Shown here one piece after another: positions 12,747-24,749 of a stretch of 64,000 nucleotides of DNA. The stretch is from Octopus sinensis (Eukaryota). How positions within the stretch are numbered: the stretch's first letter is position 1; the number at the start of each line of letters is the position of its first letter. The position numbers and the translations under genes were made by a program. Below the pieces are notes generated by a model that was not told the origin of the DNA, searched no databases, and saw only the letters and a program-made list of their open reading frames with translations. Where the stretch lies: positions 6,324,001 through 6,388,000 of the forward strand of contig NC_043021.1 of NCBI RefSeq assembly GCF_006345805.1, given 5' to 3'.

Positions 12747-13164
12747 GTGACTATAACAGATTATCTTCCCCTCATTCTGTGACTATAAGAGATTATTCTC
12801 TCATTGTGTGACTATAACAGGGTATCTCCTCACCTTACATGACTATAACAGACTATCATTGTGTGACTACAGCCAGGTATGGCAAGGCGGCGAGCTGGCA
12901 GAAACGTTAGCACGCCGGGCGAAATGCGTAGCCGTATTTCGTCTGTCGTTACGTTCTGAGTTCAAATTCCGTCGAGGTCGACTTTGCCTTTCATCCTTTC
13001 GGGGTCGATAAATTAAGTACCAGTTACGCACTGGGGTCGATGTCTGTCATTGTTTGTCCCCTCTGTGTTTAGCCCCTTGTGGGTAGTAAAGAAATAATTA
13101 TGTGATTATAAAAGATATCCTTTCAAAGTTCTGCTGGGGTCAGGGCTGATGTGGGGATAAGCAT

Positions 13165-13762
13165 CCTCCTCCTCCTCATCATCATCATCATCATTATCAT
13201 CCAGTTGCACTGCTTGTACAGATTCCTGGGACTTTCTCTCACCATCCAATTCTGTTGTTCATCATATTCAGCTGGTCAGAGGGATTGCAGTTTGCATCAT
13301 TAAAAATCTGCTGGGTTTAGGTCTTGGTTTGTCATCCCCTGCTAGCTCTTCCTTGTGTAGGCTCCCGCAAAAGAACTTCACCAACAACTTTGTCTTTAGC
13401 ATTACAGCAATGCCCTGTGAATCTGACTCTACACACCTTGATGATGTCTGATACTGGACAAAGGTTTCCTACAATCGCTCATTGGTCAAACAATCTCTCC
13501 AAGTGACATTCAAAGCCAGTCTTAGCATGCAAGCTTAGGCTTCATCCAATCTTCTTTCCAGTTTTGAGGTAAGGGTCCACACTAAGCATCCATGCAATAG
13601 AACAGAAGTAGCAGTTGCTTGAAAGCAGCCCCTTTCCATGTTGTCTGGTAGTCTAGATTTCCACAACAGTGATAGCTTGTTGACGGTACCCTAGGCCTTA
13701 CCAATGTGTGTGTTTACATTGCTTTTGCAACTAGAGATTTTAATACCCAAATAAGTAAATTT
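13165..13762 (-). mobile_element. Degenerate RTE-clade LINE relic (second family)
   Basis: Minus strand FTYLGIKISSCKSNVNTHIGKA*GTVNKLSLLWKSRLPD...SVLLHGCLVWTLT, with stops; (GAT)n-type tail near 13165-13200. Confidence 0.65.
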
Positions 13763-13767
13763 GGATT

Positions 13768-14297
13768 TTTTCTGTTTAGCTACACCTATAGAAATTTTAA
13801 ACTTTAGTAAAAAATTTAAAAATTTGGTGTGTTGATGTAATTTATCATGCTGAATCTCAGGAGATAATTCACTTTTCCCCCCCCCCAAATTTTTTTTTAA
13901 AGTTACACCGGTTTAAAGTTTGATAATTTTTACCCAGTCAAAAAACAGGATTTAGAAGCTGCAATTTTGTGCATGACTGCACATAGTGACAACTGTAAAC
14001 AAATAACCACCTCATACCTTGTGTTTTAAGCAATTAATAAGTGAAAAATGACCACATGGGTAAGCAGCTTGGCTTATTACTAAGGAAACAGGCACTTATA
14101 TATCTGCAGTTTTCAATTGGCTAAAATTACCCAAAATTTGCAAATTTTAAAAGCTATTAACTCTTTTTTAATTGATTTATGGTGAAAATGAATTTCATGT
14201 CAATGATTACCATGCCAAACTACATCATCGCACTAAATATGAGATGAACTGACACAAGAATTGAAAAAAATTGAAAAGTGGCAGCCAAACAGAAAAG
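13768..14297. mobile_element. Non-autonomous DNA transposon (MITE) abutting the LINE relic
   Basis: Imperfect TIRs ttttctgtttagctacac...gtggcagccaaacagaaaa. Confidence 0.6.
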
Positions 14298-14929
14298 ATC
14301 CATAGATTCTTCTACACAGAGGAGAAGTGTACCAGGCATTGTTTTGACCATTCCATTTAGATTTAAGCCTATGTATTCTGTTTTGTCTGCACTAGCAACA
14401 ACCAGGAGAAAGGACACATTAGATGATGTAGTGCTAAATAGTCTGTAAAGTCTGTGATTGTGTGTTCATAGCAGGAACATCTTTGATGATAAGTATTTTT
14501 GGATTGGAACTGACCTGAACAAAACAATGTGTCCTTCTTTGTTGTTTAGGAGGGACACATTAAATATAACATAATCTTAGATACACTATGTCTGAATAAA
14601 AGACTGAATGGCCACAGCTGGAATGTCTTTGATCATAAGGAATAAGGACTCACTGTGAGCTATACAACAACTATAACCACCAATACTAACTAAATATACT
14701 GTACTTTGATTAGTGTCACCCTAGGTACATGTGTCTGAATACAATGCAGTATATTCTTGGCTATAACGTCTTTGATTAGTGGTCTGATAGATCAGAGCTG
14801 ACCTAGGGTTAAACATCAACAACATTATGCTATTCCAACACCAACACCACCGCCAACAATGGTAACTAATATAAATTCCTATTTTTATGTTGTTGTGATG
14901 AGTTTTTTTCTGTTTTAATCTTTTTCCAG

Positions 14930-15099
14930 CAATCCCATCTTTGGGTTCTCCACTCTGGGGCAATTTAAAGACAAGTGAATCAGATGGTTTACTGTCTATA
15001 GTTGACACTGACCTTCTGCGCTTCCTACTTGCTTTAAGGGCCATTCTAAGATCATCCTTTGCTGTGTGTATGGTAACTGTACCGTCACTCATTATGGAG
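14930..15099 (+). CDS. ELP4: ELP4 exon (AIPSLGSPLWGNLKTSESDGLLSIVDTDLLRFLLALRAILRSSFAVCMVTVPSLIME)
   Basis: tttccag acceptor, gtaagt donor, 170 nt; LGSPLW and FL..LR..LR motifs. Confidence 0.95.
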
Positions 15100-15572
15100 G
15101 TAAGTTAAGGACATTTTGTAACTAGTTTCTCCTCTCACTCATCCATTACACTGCCTAACAAAATTTTATTTATTTTTTTTTTGTCTTTGGTCAGCAAATG
15201 TTATTCCTATTTGTTTCCATCTAGAAATCAAAGGAAATGACTACTTTCCCCTTCACACTTTGCTTTTCTGACCTGGACATCAATGTTTTGAAACTCACCT
15301 ATTTTCCATTACATTTCACACAAATTCAGCACTCTGTATAAATGTATCAACATATCTAATACCATCAGTATTATAATAATGAATGCATTTAACCTTAGAC
15401 AAGGCACACCACTCTACTCTACATCAATATATCTAACACCATTATCATGATGACAACTGAAGTGTTAAACCTTAGGCAAGATACACCATTCTGTTTAGAT
15501 ACATCTGCATGTTTCACCTGATGTCATTATAATTCTAAAATGTTAATCAAACAAAAACTTCATTTTCCACAG

Positions 15573-15681
15573 GATGCTAATTTTATCCACAAAATTGAAC
15601 GACTCTGTGATACTGTTGTGCATTTGGAGAGTTTTGCTGGTTCCAGCCGCAGCGAGAACCCTTTGTATAAAGAATATCATG
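15573..15681 (+). CDS. ELP4: ELP4 exon (DANFIHKIERLCDTVVHLESFAGSSRSENPLYKEYH-G)
   Basis: ccacag acceptor, gtttgt donor, 109 nt; LESFAGS...NPLYKEYHG motif. Confidence 0.95.
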
Positions 15682-16662
15682 GTTTGTATCCAAAGAATAT
15701 CATCTTCACCTCTCATCCAAACACACACACACACACACATACACATGCACACACTTACATCAAGAAAAATTTCATGCAGTCATTTGACCAAGCTGCCCAA
15801 ATAACCCTCCAGTTAAATAACACATTCACTATTGTGTTGTTTATGGTGTATGTGGTTAAGAGCATGGGCTGTTAACCCCAAGATTCCGAGTTCGATTCCA
15901 GGCAGTGACCTGAACAACAACAACTACAGCAACTGCCGCCGCCACCACCACCACCTTAGGGATGAGAGTTCCTGTCAAGCCAGAATAAGTACTAGGCTTA
16001 CAAAGAATAAGTCCTGGTGTCGATTTGCTCGACTAAAGGTGGTGCTCCAGCATGGCCACAGTCAAATGACTGAAACAAGTAAAAAAGTAAAAAAAAAAGT
16101 AAGACATTTTGTGTGATGCTCTTCTGATTCTGGCACCCATTATCCTTCTTGGAGTCAGTGGTAAGTAGCTTATTTACCAATCACATGGTTCTGGGTTCAG
16201 TCCCACTGCATGGCACCTTGGGCAAGTGTCTTCTACTATAGCCTTGGGCCAACCAAAGCCTTGTGAGTGGATTTGGTAGACGGAAACTGAAAGAAGCCCA
16301 TCGTATATATGTATATATATATGTGTGTGTTTGTGTGTCTGTGTTTGTCCCCCTAGCATTGCTTGACAACCGATGCTGGTGAGTTTACGTCCCCGTAACT
16401 TAGCGGTTCGGCAAAAGAGACCAATAGAATAAGTACTAGGTGTCTAAAGAATAAGTCTTGGCAAATTAAAGGTGGTGCTCCAGCATGGCCACAGTCAAAT
16501 GACTGAAACAAGTAAAATAAGTAAAACAAAAAAAAAAGTAAGACATTTTGTGTGATGCTCTTCTGATGCTGTCATCCATTATCCTTCTTGAAGTCAATAA
16601 ATGAAATACCACAATCGTCTATATTGCTATCTCCTAATGCTTTTCTCTATGTCTTCCTGCAG

Positions 16663-16769
16663 GTTTGTTCCATGTTAAGCAATTACCAAAATTGAATGCA
16701 ATCAAGTGTCAGATGCCAGACACAACAGACTGGGCCTTTAAACTGAGACGTAAGAAGTTTGTGATTGAG
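16663..16769 (+). CDS. ELP4: ELP4 exon (GLFHVKQLPKLNAIKCQMPDTTDWAFKLRRKKFVIE)
   Basis: cctgcag acceptor, gtaaga donor, 107 nt; AFKLRRKKF.IE motif. Confidence 0.95.
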
Positions 16770-17154
16770 GTAAGAGACTTGCAGCCTTCTTCTACTTGTC
16801 TGTCACATTACTTTGTTACACTGCAGGTACTTTCTATTTCTTTACTACCCACAAGGGGCTAAACACAGAGGGGGGGGGGCGATCCCCAGTGCATAACTGG
16901 TACTTATTTAATCGACCCCGAAAGGATGAAAGGCAAAGTCGACCTTGGCGGAATTTGAACTCAGAATGTAACGGCAGACGAAATACGGCTATGAATTTCG
17001 CCCAGCGTGCTAACGTTTCTGCCAGCTCGCTGGCTTGAAGGATGTGTATATTGAGTTCTACATGAGTTTAGTCTCATAATGCTTAGGTGAAATATTAAAA
17101 CGTTCATCTTTTTTACCATATTTGTCTGTTACAATATCTTCTTTTATTTTTTAG

Positions 17155-17259
17155 AAACTTCATTTGCCACCAGATCTCTCTGAAACCGTAAGCCGATCAG
17201 AAAGCCGACCTGGAATTATAGGATGTGGTACCACTGGACATCGACATCTTGACTTCTAA
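17155..17259 (+). CDS. ELP4: ELP4 last coding exon (KLHLPPDLSETVSRSESRPGIIGCGTTGHRHLDF*)
   Basis: ttttag acceptor; LHLPP motif and terminal LDF* are characteristic of ELP4; TAA at 17257-17259. Confidence 0.95.
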   Translation, partial: KLHLPPDLSETVSRSESRPGIIGCGTTGHRHLDF

Positions 17260-18757
17260 AATTTGATTGTTCATGAAGATGGTATGGCAACAGCTACTGG
17301 TTGTTTGTTGTGATGATGATGATGATGATGGCCATAACGTTGACTGTAATCCAGAAGGTTCTCTCACCTACTCCACTGTTATCTCTTTATTGTCAACACC
17401 GGCGCTATATTATGGCCAATACACTAATATCAGCTCAGTATCAAGGTTAGATTTGGTATAACGATCTTAGGGGTAGCCTTTTACATAATTCCAAATGTAA
17501 TCGAGATGCCAGAATTGTCTCCCTTGCCTCTTACATCTCGCTATTAATTCTCTTCAGCGCTTTTTTCAGTAAAGGGAGAGAATTAAGTGAAAATTTTCTT
17601 CCCCTCATGTTAAGTGTGTTAGTGGCTGACCAGAGAATATCGAGACGAAGGGATCTTGTTTTGTGGGCAGCATTATTTCTAAATATATAAGAAAGCACAG
17701 GTCAGTGAAATAAAGATGACATTGGATCTTTTCCTTTTGAACGGCAGTTTTCAGCACAATTTCTAGTTAACTAAACACTTTTAAACTTCGTATACTGGTA
17801 GAATACTCTTTACTCTTTTACTTGTTTCAGTCATTTGACTGCGGCCATGCTGGAGCACCGCCTTTAGAATGTGTCAAAATAAAACATTTTTTTCTCTTGG
17901 CTTTCTTGAGAAAATTGTAATTTGTAAGTTTAACGTAGTTTAATTTTTCGAATTGAGCTAAAATCATTTGTTGCGTCTAAAACTGAGTCAACATCCTGTC
18001 ACTAACCAAAATGATATATTTATGTGTGTGTGTGCATTTAAGGACCAATTGGTGAATCTCATGTGGTCAGCAACAACATATACACATACTCTAGTGTACT
18101 TTCTCTAACACAACAGTTTCTAAGTAGAACACTGATGCTACTGTGCTGGAAACATTCACTGTCAATCATTCACCAACAGCAAATTATTGGTTAGCAGATT
18201 CACCTGCATCCTAAATGGTCATTTACCAATTAGCACATAACTGACCAATTGCAAATTATTAATTAGTATCATGATTCCAGTCAAGGGTTTAAATAATAAC
18301 AAAGAATAAATTATCTATTACTCATATAATTTATTTTAAAAACCTGAAAACATTGATAAAACTTTGAAAGGATTTGTGAAACCGAGATGTTGTGATCCAA
18401 GTCTCATAAATAGGGGATAAGAGACTCATAGATCACAACAGACTGTTTTATTTTCTCATCACTGTTGCAATGTTTCTATTTTTTCAAGAGGAGATCCTTG
18501 CTAAATAGTGAATTGTTGTCACTGATCTGTGCTTTATTGATATATATATATATACAAATTGAGATAGGGGTTGTAAATGCAACCCTCCATGGGATAACAT
18601 ATATCCAATATACTGCTAGTGAAGTACCCAACAAAGTTAATACATTAATGTTAAGGATTGCGATGCAATCAATTCGTTTACTGTATTATATGGGCAAAGG
18701 TAAAATGATTTACCACATTGATATTTGATTTGGATGTATTTCTCCATTTTCTTATCT

Positions 18758-18789
<32 letters not shown>

Positions 18790-18790
<1 letters not shown>

Positions 18791-19125
18791 CGGAGATGTA
18801 CTTGCATAGCAAGTGACCTGATCTGAGATCGTGTGCTGGAACGAAAACAATTGCAGCGTGAAACGTGTTTATAAGCCATTTAAGAAACACACAAAAACTG
18901 TTAGATTCACTTCAACATTTAAAATTAATTTGTCAAAACATTTTCATCGCTTTGAGACCGCTATCTCTTCACTGACAAAAGATGCAGCACAGAATTTTAT
19001 CAGTGAACAGGTTGTGGTCTCAAAGCGCCGAAAATATTTTGGCAAATTAAATTTAAATGTTGAAAGGAATCTAACGGATTTTGTGTGTTTCTTAAATGGC
19101 TTATAAACACCTTCCATGCTGCAAT
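18790..19125. mobile_element. Fold-back pair of a ~205-bp Penelope-pLTR-like element with hammerhead-like cores; single copy at ~23710-23915
   Basis: Arms at ~18850-18980 and 18995-19125 are reverse complements. The right arm reads tttatca-GTGAACA-ggttgtggtctcaaagcgcc-GAAA-atat-TT-tggcaaa. Confidence 0.65.
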
Positions 19126-19173
19126 TATATATATATATATAAATGTAATATGTGACAATTATTTGGTAGCCAT

Positions 19174-19234
19174 GATAAAACTCCGAGTTTCAGATGTCGT
19201 GGTGGAAATCTACGCTGCCATCTCTTCAGTTATC
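19174..19234 (-). ncRNA. Type-I hammerhead ribozyme motif (left arm of an inverted pair)
   Basis: Minus strand reads gataa-CTGAAGA-gatg...catct-GAAACTC-g-GAGTT-ttatc; stem I is gataa/ttatc. Confidence 0.7.
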
Positions 19235-19326
19235 TGGCCATCGGAAAAAATGCTATGAAAATGACCGTTAAACAAAGAGCTATTTGAATGACCGCTAAGT
19301 GAATGCGCGTGTGTGTGTGGGGAAGG

Positions 19327-19364
<38 letters not shown>

Positions 19365-19631
19365 GAATGGTGTGGGTGAGAATGTGTATGTTTCAAGTGA
19401 GGGTAGATGAGTGTATACTTATAGGTGCATGTACGTGTGTATGCCGGTGCGCATGTATAGGTATGGACATGCACGCTTATGCAAATACTATGTCCATTTT
19501 TACCCCCTTACTTTTACTCCCTCCCCTCACTTAGCGGTCATTCAAATAGCTCTTTTGTCTTAATAACAGTCAATCATACAGTAATTTCCCTTTGTATAAC
19601 GGTCATTTTCATAGAATTTTTCTGATGGCTG

Positions 19632-19692
19632 GATAACTGAAGAAATGGCGGCGTGGATTTCCACCTCGGCATCCGAAACTCGGAGTTTTATC
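19632..19692 (+). ncRNA. Type-I hammerhead ribozyme motif (right arm of the inverted pair 19140-19300 / 19530-19720)
   Basis: gataa-CTGAAGA(19637-19643)-aatg...catcc-GAAAC(19675-19679)tc-g-gaGTT-ttatc. Confidence 0.7.
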
Positions 19693-19810
19693 ATGGCTAC
19701 CGAATAATTGTCACATATTACAGTGACAGATAAATTCCTCTATTTACATAATATTGAGGTCTCTTTCATTCTTTTGTTGTCTTACCATTTCTGTTAATAT
19801 ATATATATAT

Positions 19811-19956
19811 TCCCGTGTCAGGCCGAAGAACGAAATGTTCCCAAGATAAGAGAGTCTTTCTAATCTAATGTTGTGGTTGAGCTGTTTATTATTTATTATT
19901 ATTACTATTATTAGTAGTATTAGTATTGTCCCTTTGATCCTCGGTCGAAAATTTGC

Positions 19957-20017
<61 letters not shown>

Positions 20018-20330
20018 TTTCAGCTTCGCCTTGTATTGCATATTATTTCTCCATACAGGGGTTTTTTTCAATGGCGGCCCATTTTCGCGGGGTTCCACTA
20101 TTTCCCTTCTCTCTCTCCCTCTTTTACGTTGTCTGCCATCCCCCCTCTTCCTTTGCTAAGAGCATTTAAGCCAGCCCGTCATATTCCCGTGTCAGGCCGA
20201 AGAACGAAATGTTCCCAAGATAAGAGAGTCTTTCTAATCTAATGTTGTGGTTGAGCTGTTTATTATTTATTATTATTACTATTATTAGTAGTATTAGTAT
20301 TGTCCCTTTGATCCTCGGTCGAAAATTTGC

Positions 20331-20382
<52 letters not shown>

Positions 20383-20692
20383 TTTCAGCTTCGCCTTGTA
20401 TTGCATATTATTTCTCCATACAGGGGTTTTTTTCAATGGCGGCCCATTTTCGCGGGGTTCCACTATTTCCCTTCTCTCTCTCCCTCTTTTACGTTGTCTG
20501 CCATCCCCCCTCTTCCTTTGCTAAGAGCATTTAAGCCAGCCCGTCATATTCCCGTGTCAGGCCGAAGAACGAATGTTCCCAGATAAGAGAGTCTTTCTAA
20601 TCTAATGTTGTGGTTGAGCTGTTTATTATTTATTATTATTACTATTATTAGTAGTATAGTATTGTCCCTTTGATCCTCGGTCGAAAATTTGC

Positions 20693-20750
<58 letters not shown>

Positions 20751-20921
20751 TTTCAGCTTCGCCTTGTATTGCATATTATTTCTCCATACAGGGGTTTTTT
20801 TCAATGGCGGCCCATTTTCGCGGGGTTCCACTATTTCCCTTCTCTCTCTCTCTTTTACGTTGTCTGCCATCCCCCCTCTTCCTTTGCTAAGAGCATTTTT
20901 AAGCCAGCCCGTCATATTCCC
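19811..20921. repeat. Three head-to-tail copies of a ~370-bp unit with an internal (TAT)n
   Basis: Units start tcccgtgtcagg at 19811, 20185 and 20550 (374, 365 and ~368 bp) and are nearly identical. Confidence 0.95.
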
Positions 20922-21624
20922 GGTGCACCCGCCCTTGCCCACCCCACCACCAATACCGGATATCTCTATATTTTTGCTCCATCTATACGGATGTCGCTTC
21001 TCCCACCACCATTATAGGTGTCTACTCTTTGAACCCCCTCTTCAATACGCTATTTGACCATGCATTACCCCTCTCTGATATCCTACGTTCTACTTGCCTA
21101 GAACCTGTCATCATTTCTCTGAACCACCCTCCCCACTGGTGCTCCCCTATATTTCTCCCCCCCCCCACATAAAAAAGCACCATCCGAACGTGGCCGATGC
21201 CAGACCCCTCTGGCACCTGTGCAGGTGGCACGTAAAAAACACCCACTACACTCGCGGAGTGGTTGGCGTTAGGAAGGGCATCCAGCTGTAGAAACACTGC
21301 CAGACTAGACTGGAGCCTGGGGCAGTCCCGAGCTCCCCAGACCCCGGTCGAAACCGTCCAACCCGTGCTAGCGCGGAAAGACGTTAATTAAATGATGATG
21401 ATGATGATGATATATGAATAAATATATATATATATATGAATAAATAAATATATATATATGAATAAATAAATAAATGGAGTTGAATGAAGATGTTAATAAA
21501 ATTCCTTTACTTTCGACATATGTTTCGAAGACAACATAGTTTTATTCCAAAGGAATAAATGCTGTAAGATGCAGTCTTCTCAGTCATCGTAATTATTATA
21601 TTGTCTTGTTGGTGAGAGAGGCTC

Positions 21625-21717
21625 CCTTTCTTTCCTGATGAGAAGATTGCATCTTACACCGTTTATTCCTTTGGAATAAAACCATGTTGTCTTCGAAACA
21701 TATGTCGAAAGTAAAGG
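21625..21717 (+). ncRNA. Type-I hammerhead ribozyme with a canonical core, in a Penelope-like fold-back element (~21470-21760)
   Basis: cctttctttc-CTGATGA(21635-21641)-gaaga...tcttc-GAAAC(21695-21699)-atat-GTC(21704-21706)-gaaag-t-aaagg. All three stems pair and the cleavage triplet is GUC. Confidence 0.8.
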
Positions 21718-21908
21718 AATTTTAACATCTTTGTTCAACTCCATTTATTTATTTATTCATATATAACACACAAATTTCTGCACACGAACCCGGAGTTTTT
21801 ATCTTTGGACAGGTTGCTTCAACTGTGTTTCTGACTTGAATTTGCTACCCTGGTATCGGTTCATCGAATTTTCCATGTTGATGGAAAACATAGGATAATT
21901 TGTTCACC

Positions 21909-21955
<47 letters not shown>

Positions 21956-22199
21956 CAATGAGCACAAATCAGCAGTGGCAATATAATGGTAATGCTTTTT
22001 CCTACATGGATCCATAAATGTAATTCTTTCCCCAAATAAATTGTACTTCATTTTCAAGGCTTTGATGAAGCTGTTAGAAGTTACTCAGGCACTGAAATAT
22101 GATTCCACTGCATCTTGTAGCAGAAACAGCTGTAAGCTTATGAAGTTCATAGGATTACCGCTTATTCCATTGTCATCTCATTTTCCTGTATGTATGTAG

Positions 22200-22234
<35 letters not shown>

Positions 22235-24749
22235 CACATATATATATATAAATACACACACACATACATATACATATATATACACACACACATATATAAA
22301 AGGACTATGTTTTTTGATTCTTAAATAAATTTCAGTATTGTTTAATGATTGATTTCTTGTTTTCCTTTTAAAAAATTTTGTTGATAATTTATTCTTTTAC
22401 TGACTTCATTGGATTGTGGCCATGCTGGGGCACTGATTTCAAAGATGTTATATCATTATTATCATCATCATCACCTTCATTTTGATGTCTGATTTCCATA
22501 CTGGTATGAATTGGATACTTTGATTGATGCAACAGGCCAGAGGGCCACCATATCTTTTGCTGCAGGATCTCACTTTCACCATAGTTTCTATGCCTGGATG
22601 ATCTTCTTAAAACTAACGACTTTACAGAATGTATTAGGTGTATTTTTCAGCAGTAGAACTAGTCTGATCACCTTGTACCTTGTAGGACAGAAGAGCCCTT
22701 GACTAGGAGCAGGAATTACTTTACTATTAGGAACAAGATTCATGGCTACCTCCTATTTTACATGGGTGGTCAGGGAAAGATGGACCTGGTGCCCAAAAGA
22801 GAGGCAAACATGTTGGTGATGAGGGGCCAGAATGAACCCTCATGGTAACATGTCCAAGAAAGTGAATAAAAAATAACAGGGATATAGAAGAATATATATG
22901 CATATACATATGCATATATACGACAGGCTTCTTTCAGTTTCCGTCTACCAAATCCACTCACAAGGCTTTGGTCGGCCCGAGGCTATAGTAGAAGACACTT
23001 GCCCAAGGTGCCACGCAGTGGGACTGAACCTGGAACCATGTGGTTGGTAAGCAAGTTACTTACCACACAGCCGCTCTTGTGCCTAGTGTGTCTGAATAAA
23101 AAACAGAACATTAGATAATGTAGTCCTAGATACACTATGTCCAAATAAAAGACAGTGTACATTAAATAATCCTTTCTACTGGAGGCACAAGACCTCAAAT
23201 TTGTGGGGATGGGATTAGTTGATTACATTGATCCCCCCAGTGTTTCACTGGTACTTAATTTATTGACCCCTGAAAAGATGAAAGGCAAAGTTGACCTTGA
23301 CAAAATTTGAACTCAGAACATAGCTGCAGACGAAATACTGCAAGCATTTCACCCAACGTGCTAACGATTCTGCCAGCTCACTGCCTTATTGTGCACATTA
23401 AATAATGTAGCTCTAGATACACTTGTCTGAACAAAAGACAGAACGCATTAGATAATGTAGTCCCAGAACATTAGACAAAGTAGTCCTAGACACACTGTGT
23501 TTGAATAAAAAGTAGGATGGTCACAACTGGAATACCTTGAATCATAAGTTTGCTGGGCCAGGGCTAAAAATGCAAGAAAAACAACTGCAGCAGAAACCTG
23601 TATGTGATTGATGAAACCAGTAGAAATAGCAGCTAAATTTCCTTACCATTATACCATATCATCTTAAACAAGAAGACAGTTTAGATAATATAGTATTAAT
23701 TACCATATTAATGCAGCACAGAATTTTGTCAGTAAATAGGTCGCGGTCTCAAAGTGAAGAAAATATTTTGGCATATTAAATTTAAATGTTGAAGTGAATC
23801 TAATAGCTTTTGTGTGTTTCTTAAATGGCTTATAAATACCTTCCACACTGCAATTGTTTGCGTTCCAGCAGACGATCTCAGATCAGGTCACTTGCTATGC
23901 AAGTACATCTCTGTAGTAGTATTAATTATGTTGATATTAAATAAGGTAGCGAGCTGGCAGAAATGTTAGCACACCGGGCAAAATGCTTTGTGGTATTTCG
24001 TCTGCTGCTATGTTCTGTGTTCAAATTCCGCCGAGGTCGACTTTGCCTTTCATCCTTTTGGAGTCGATTAAATAAGTACCAGTTACGCACTGGGGTCGAT
24101 ATAATCGACTTAATCCGTTTGTCTGTCCTTGTTTGTCCTCTCTGTGTTTAACCCCTTGTGGGTAGTAAAGAAATAGGTATTTCGTCTGCTGTTACGTTCT
24201 GAGTTCAAATTCCGCCAAGGTCGACTTTGCCTTTCATCTTTTCGGAGTCGATTAAATAAGTACCAGTTACGGACTGGGGTCGATATAATCGACTTAATCC
24301 GTTTGTCTGTCCTTGTTTGTCCTCTCTGTGTTTAACCCCTTGTGGGTAGTAAAGAAATATGTAGTAATTATGTTTCATGTAAAAAGCATTGGTGTGGGTG
24401 TTGGTCCCACATAAAAAGCACCCAGTGCACTCTGTAAATGGTTGGCATTAGGAAGGGCATCCAGCTGTAGAAACCATGCCAAAACAGAATATGGAATATG
24501 TTGTGGCCTCTGGCCTTGTCAATTCCTGTCAAGCTGACCAACCCATGCCAGCATGGAAAACGGATGGTAAATGTTGTTGATGATGATGATGATGCATGAT
24601 AAAAGACAAAATGGAACACTTTTCATGAGAAGTCTACTCCTACAGGCCCAGCCTGGGGCTAAATCACAACAGCAACAACACTTTTGTATCCAATGCGGGA
24701 ATCTCTCCATGATACCGAAAATAGCGATCAAATTCCGTTCAAATTACAT

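Noticed and set aside
14721-15092. 123-aa minus-strand ORF
   Set aside because: It is the antisense shadow of the ELP4 exon at 14930-15099.
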